Source: a bacterium
Lineage (GTDB): Bacteria > Zhuqueibacterota > Zhuqueibacteria > Oceanimicrobiales > Oceanimicrobiaceae
Length of the DNA: 15,612 nucleotides
Direction of reading: 5' to 3'
NCBI GenBank assembly: GCA_046757165.1
Contig: JBHHXT010000108.1
Coordinates: forward strand, 1-15,612
Position numbers and translations under genes: made by a program. The notes beneath the pieces were generated by a model that saw nothing but the letters and a program-made list of their open reading frames with translations, searched no databases and was not told the origin of the DNA. This document shows positions 15,522-15,612 of this stretch, one piece after another; the stretch's first letter is position 1; every line of letters begins with the position of its first letter.

Positions 15522-15612
15522 TTTTCACCTCCCTCTTGAATTCAACTTGAAAAGAAAGTAAGTTGAGGCATTTGTTTTATTTAATTCGACTCGCCTAATA
15601 TTTTGATACTAG

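Noticed and set aside
1..15612. Integron integrase, intact transposase, tRNA or rRNA genes
   Set aside because: No tyrosine-recombinase or DDE catalytic motifs, and no cloverleaf or rRNA signatures were seen.

Overview
Bacterial DNA. The Por/T9SS-type C-terminal tail and the gene repertoire suggest an FCB-group organism such as KSB1 or Calditrichota (inference only). The left half (1-8290) is mostly intact housekeeping sequence: a DUF3467 gene, a broken HEPN/MNT toxin-antitoxin remnant, a minus-strand cluster (DAK2-DegV/FakA-FakB fusion, plsY, SirB1-like protein, zinc-ribbon/TM/TPR protein, membrane-anchored 2Fe-2S ferredoxin with a Cys-to-Asp ligand change), a divergent TPR-parvulin gene and a GT2 glycosyltransferase. 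The right half (8290-15612) is an accessory mosaic with every recognisable gene on the minus strand: a transposase fragment, aminotransferase and DUF2721 3' fragments, an intact MDR oxidoreductase, a truncated pseudokinase, an integron attC-like site behind a PIN-toxin remnant, a secreted T9SS-tail protein, a 57-aa coiled-coil/AT-hook-like protein, a DHFR-family stub and an orphan ORF. A 26-bp direct repeat brackets about 5.9 kb of this mosaic, and palindromic REP-like elements fill the intergenic gaps. No rRNA, tRNA, CRISPR array or integrase was seen. Family assignments come from motif recognition, not database searches.
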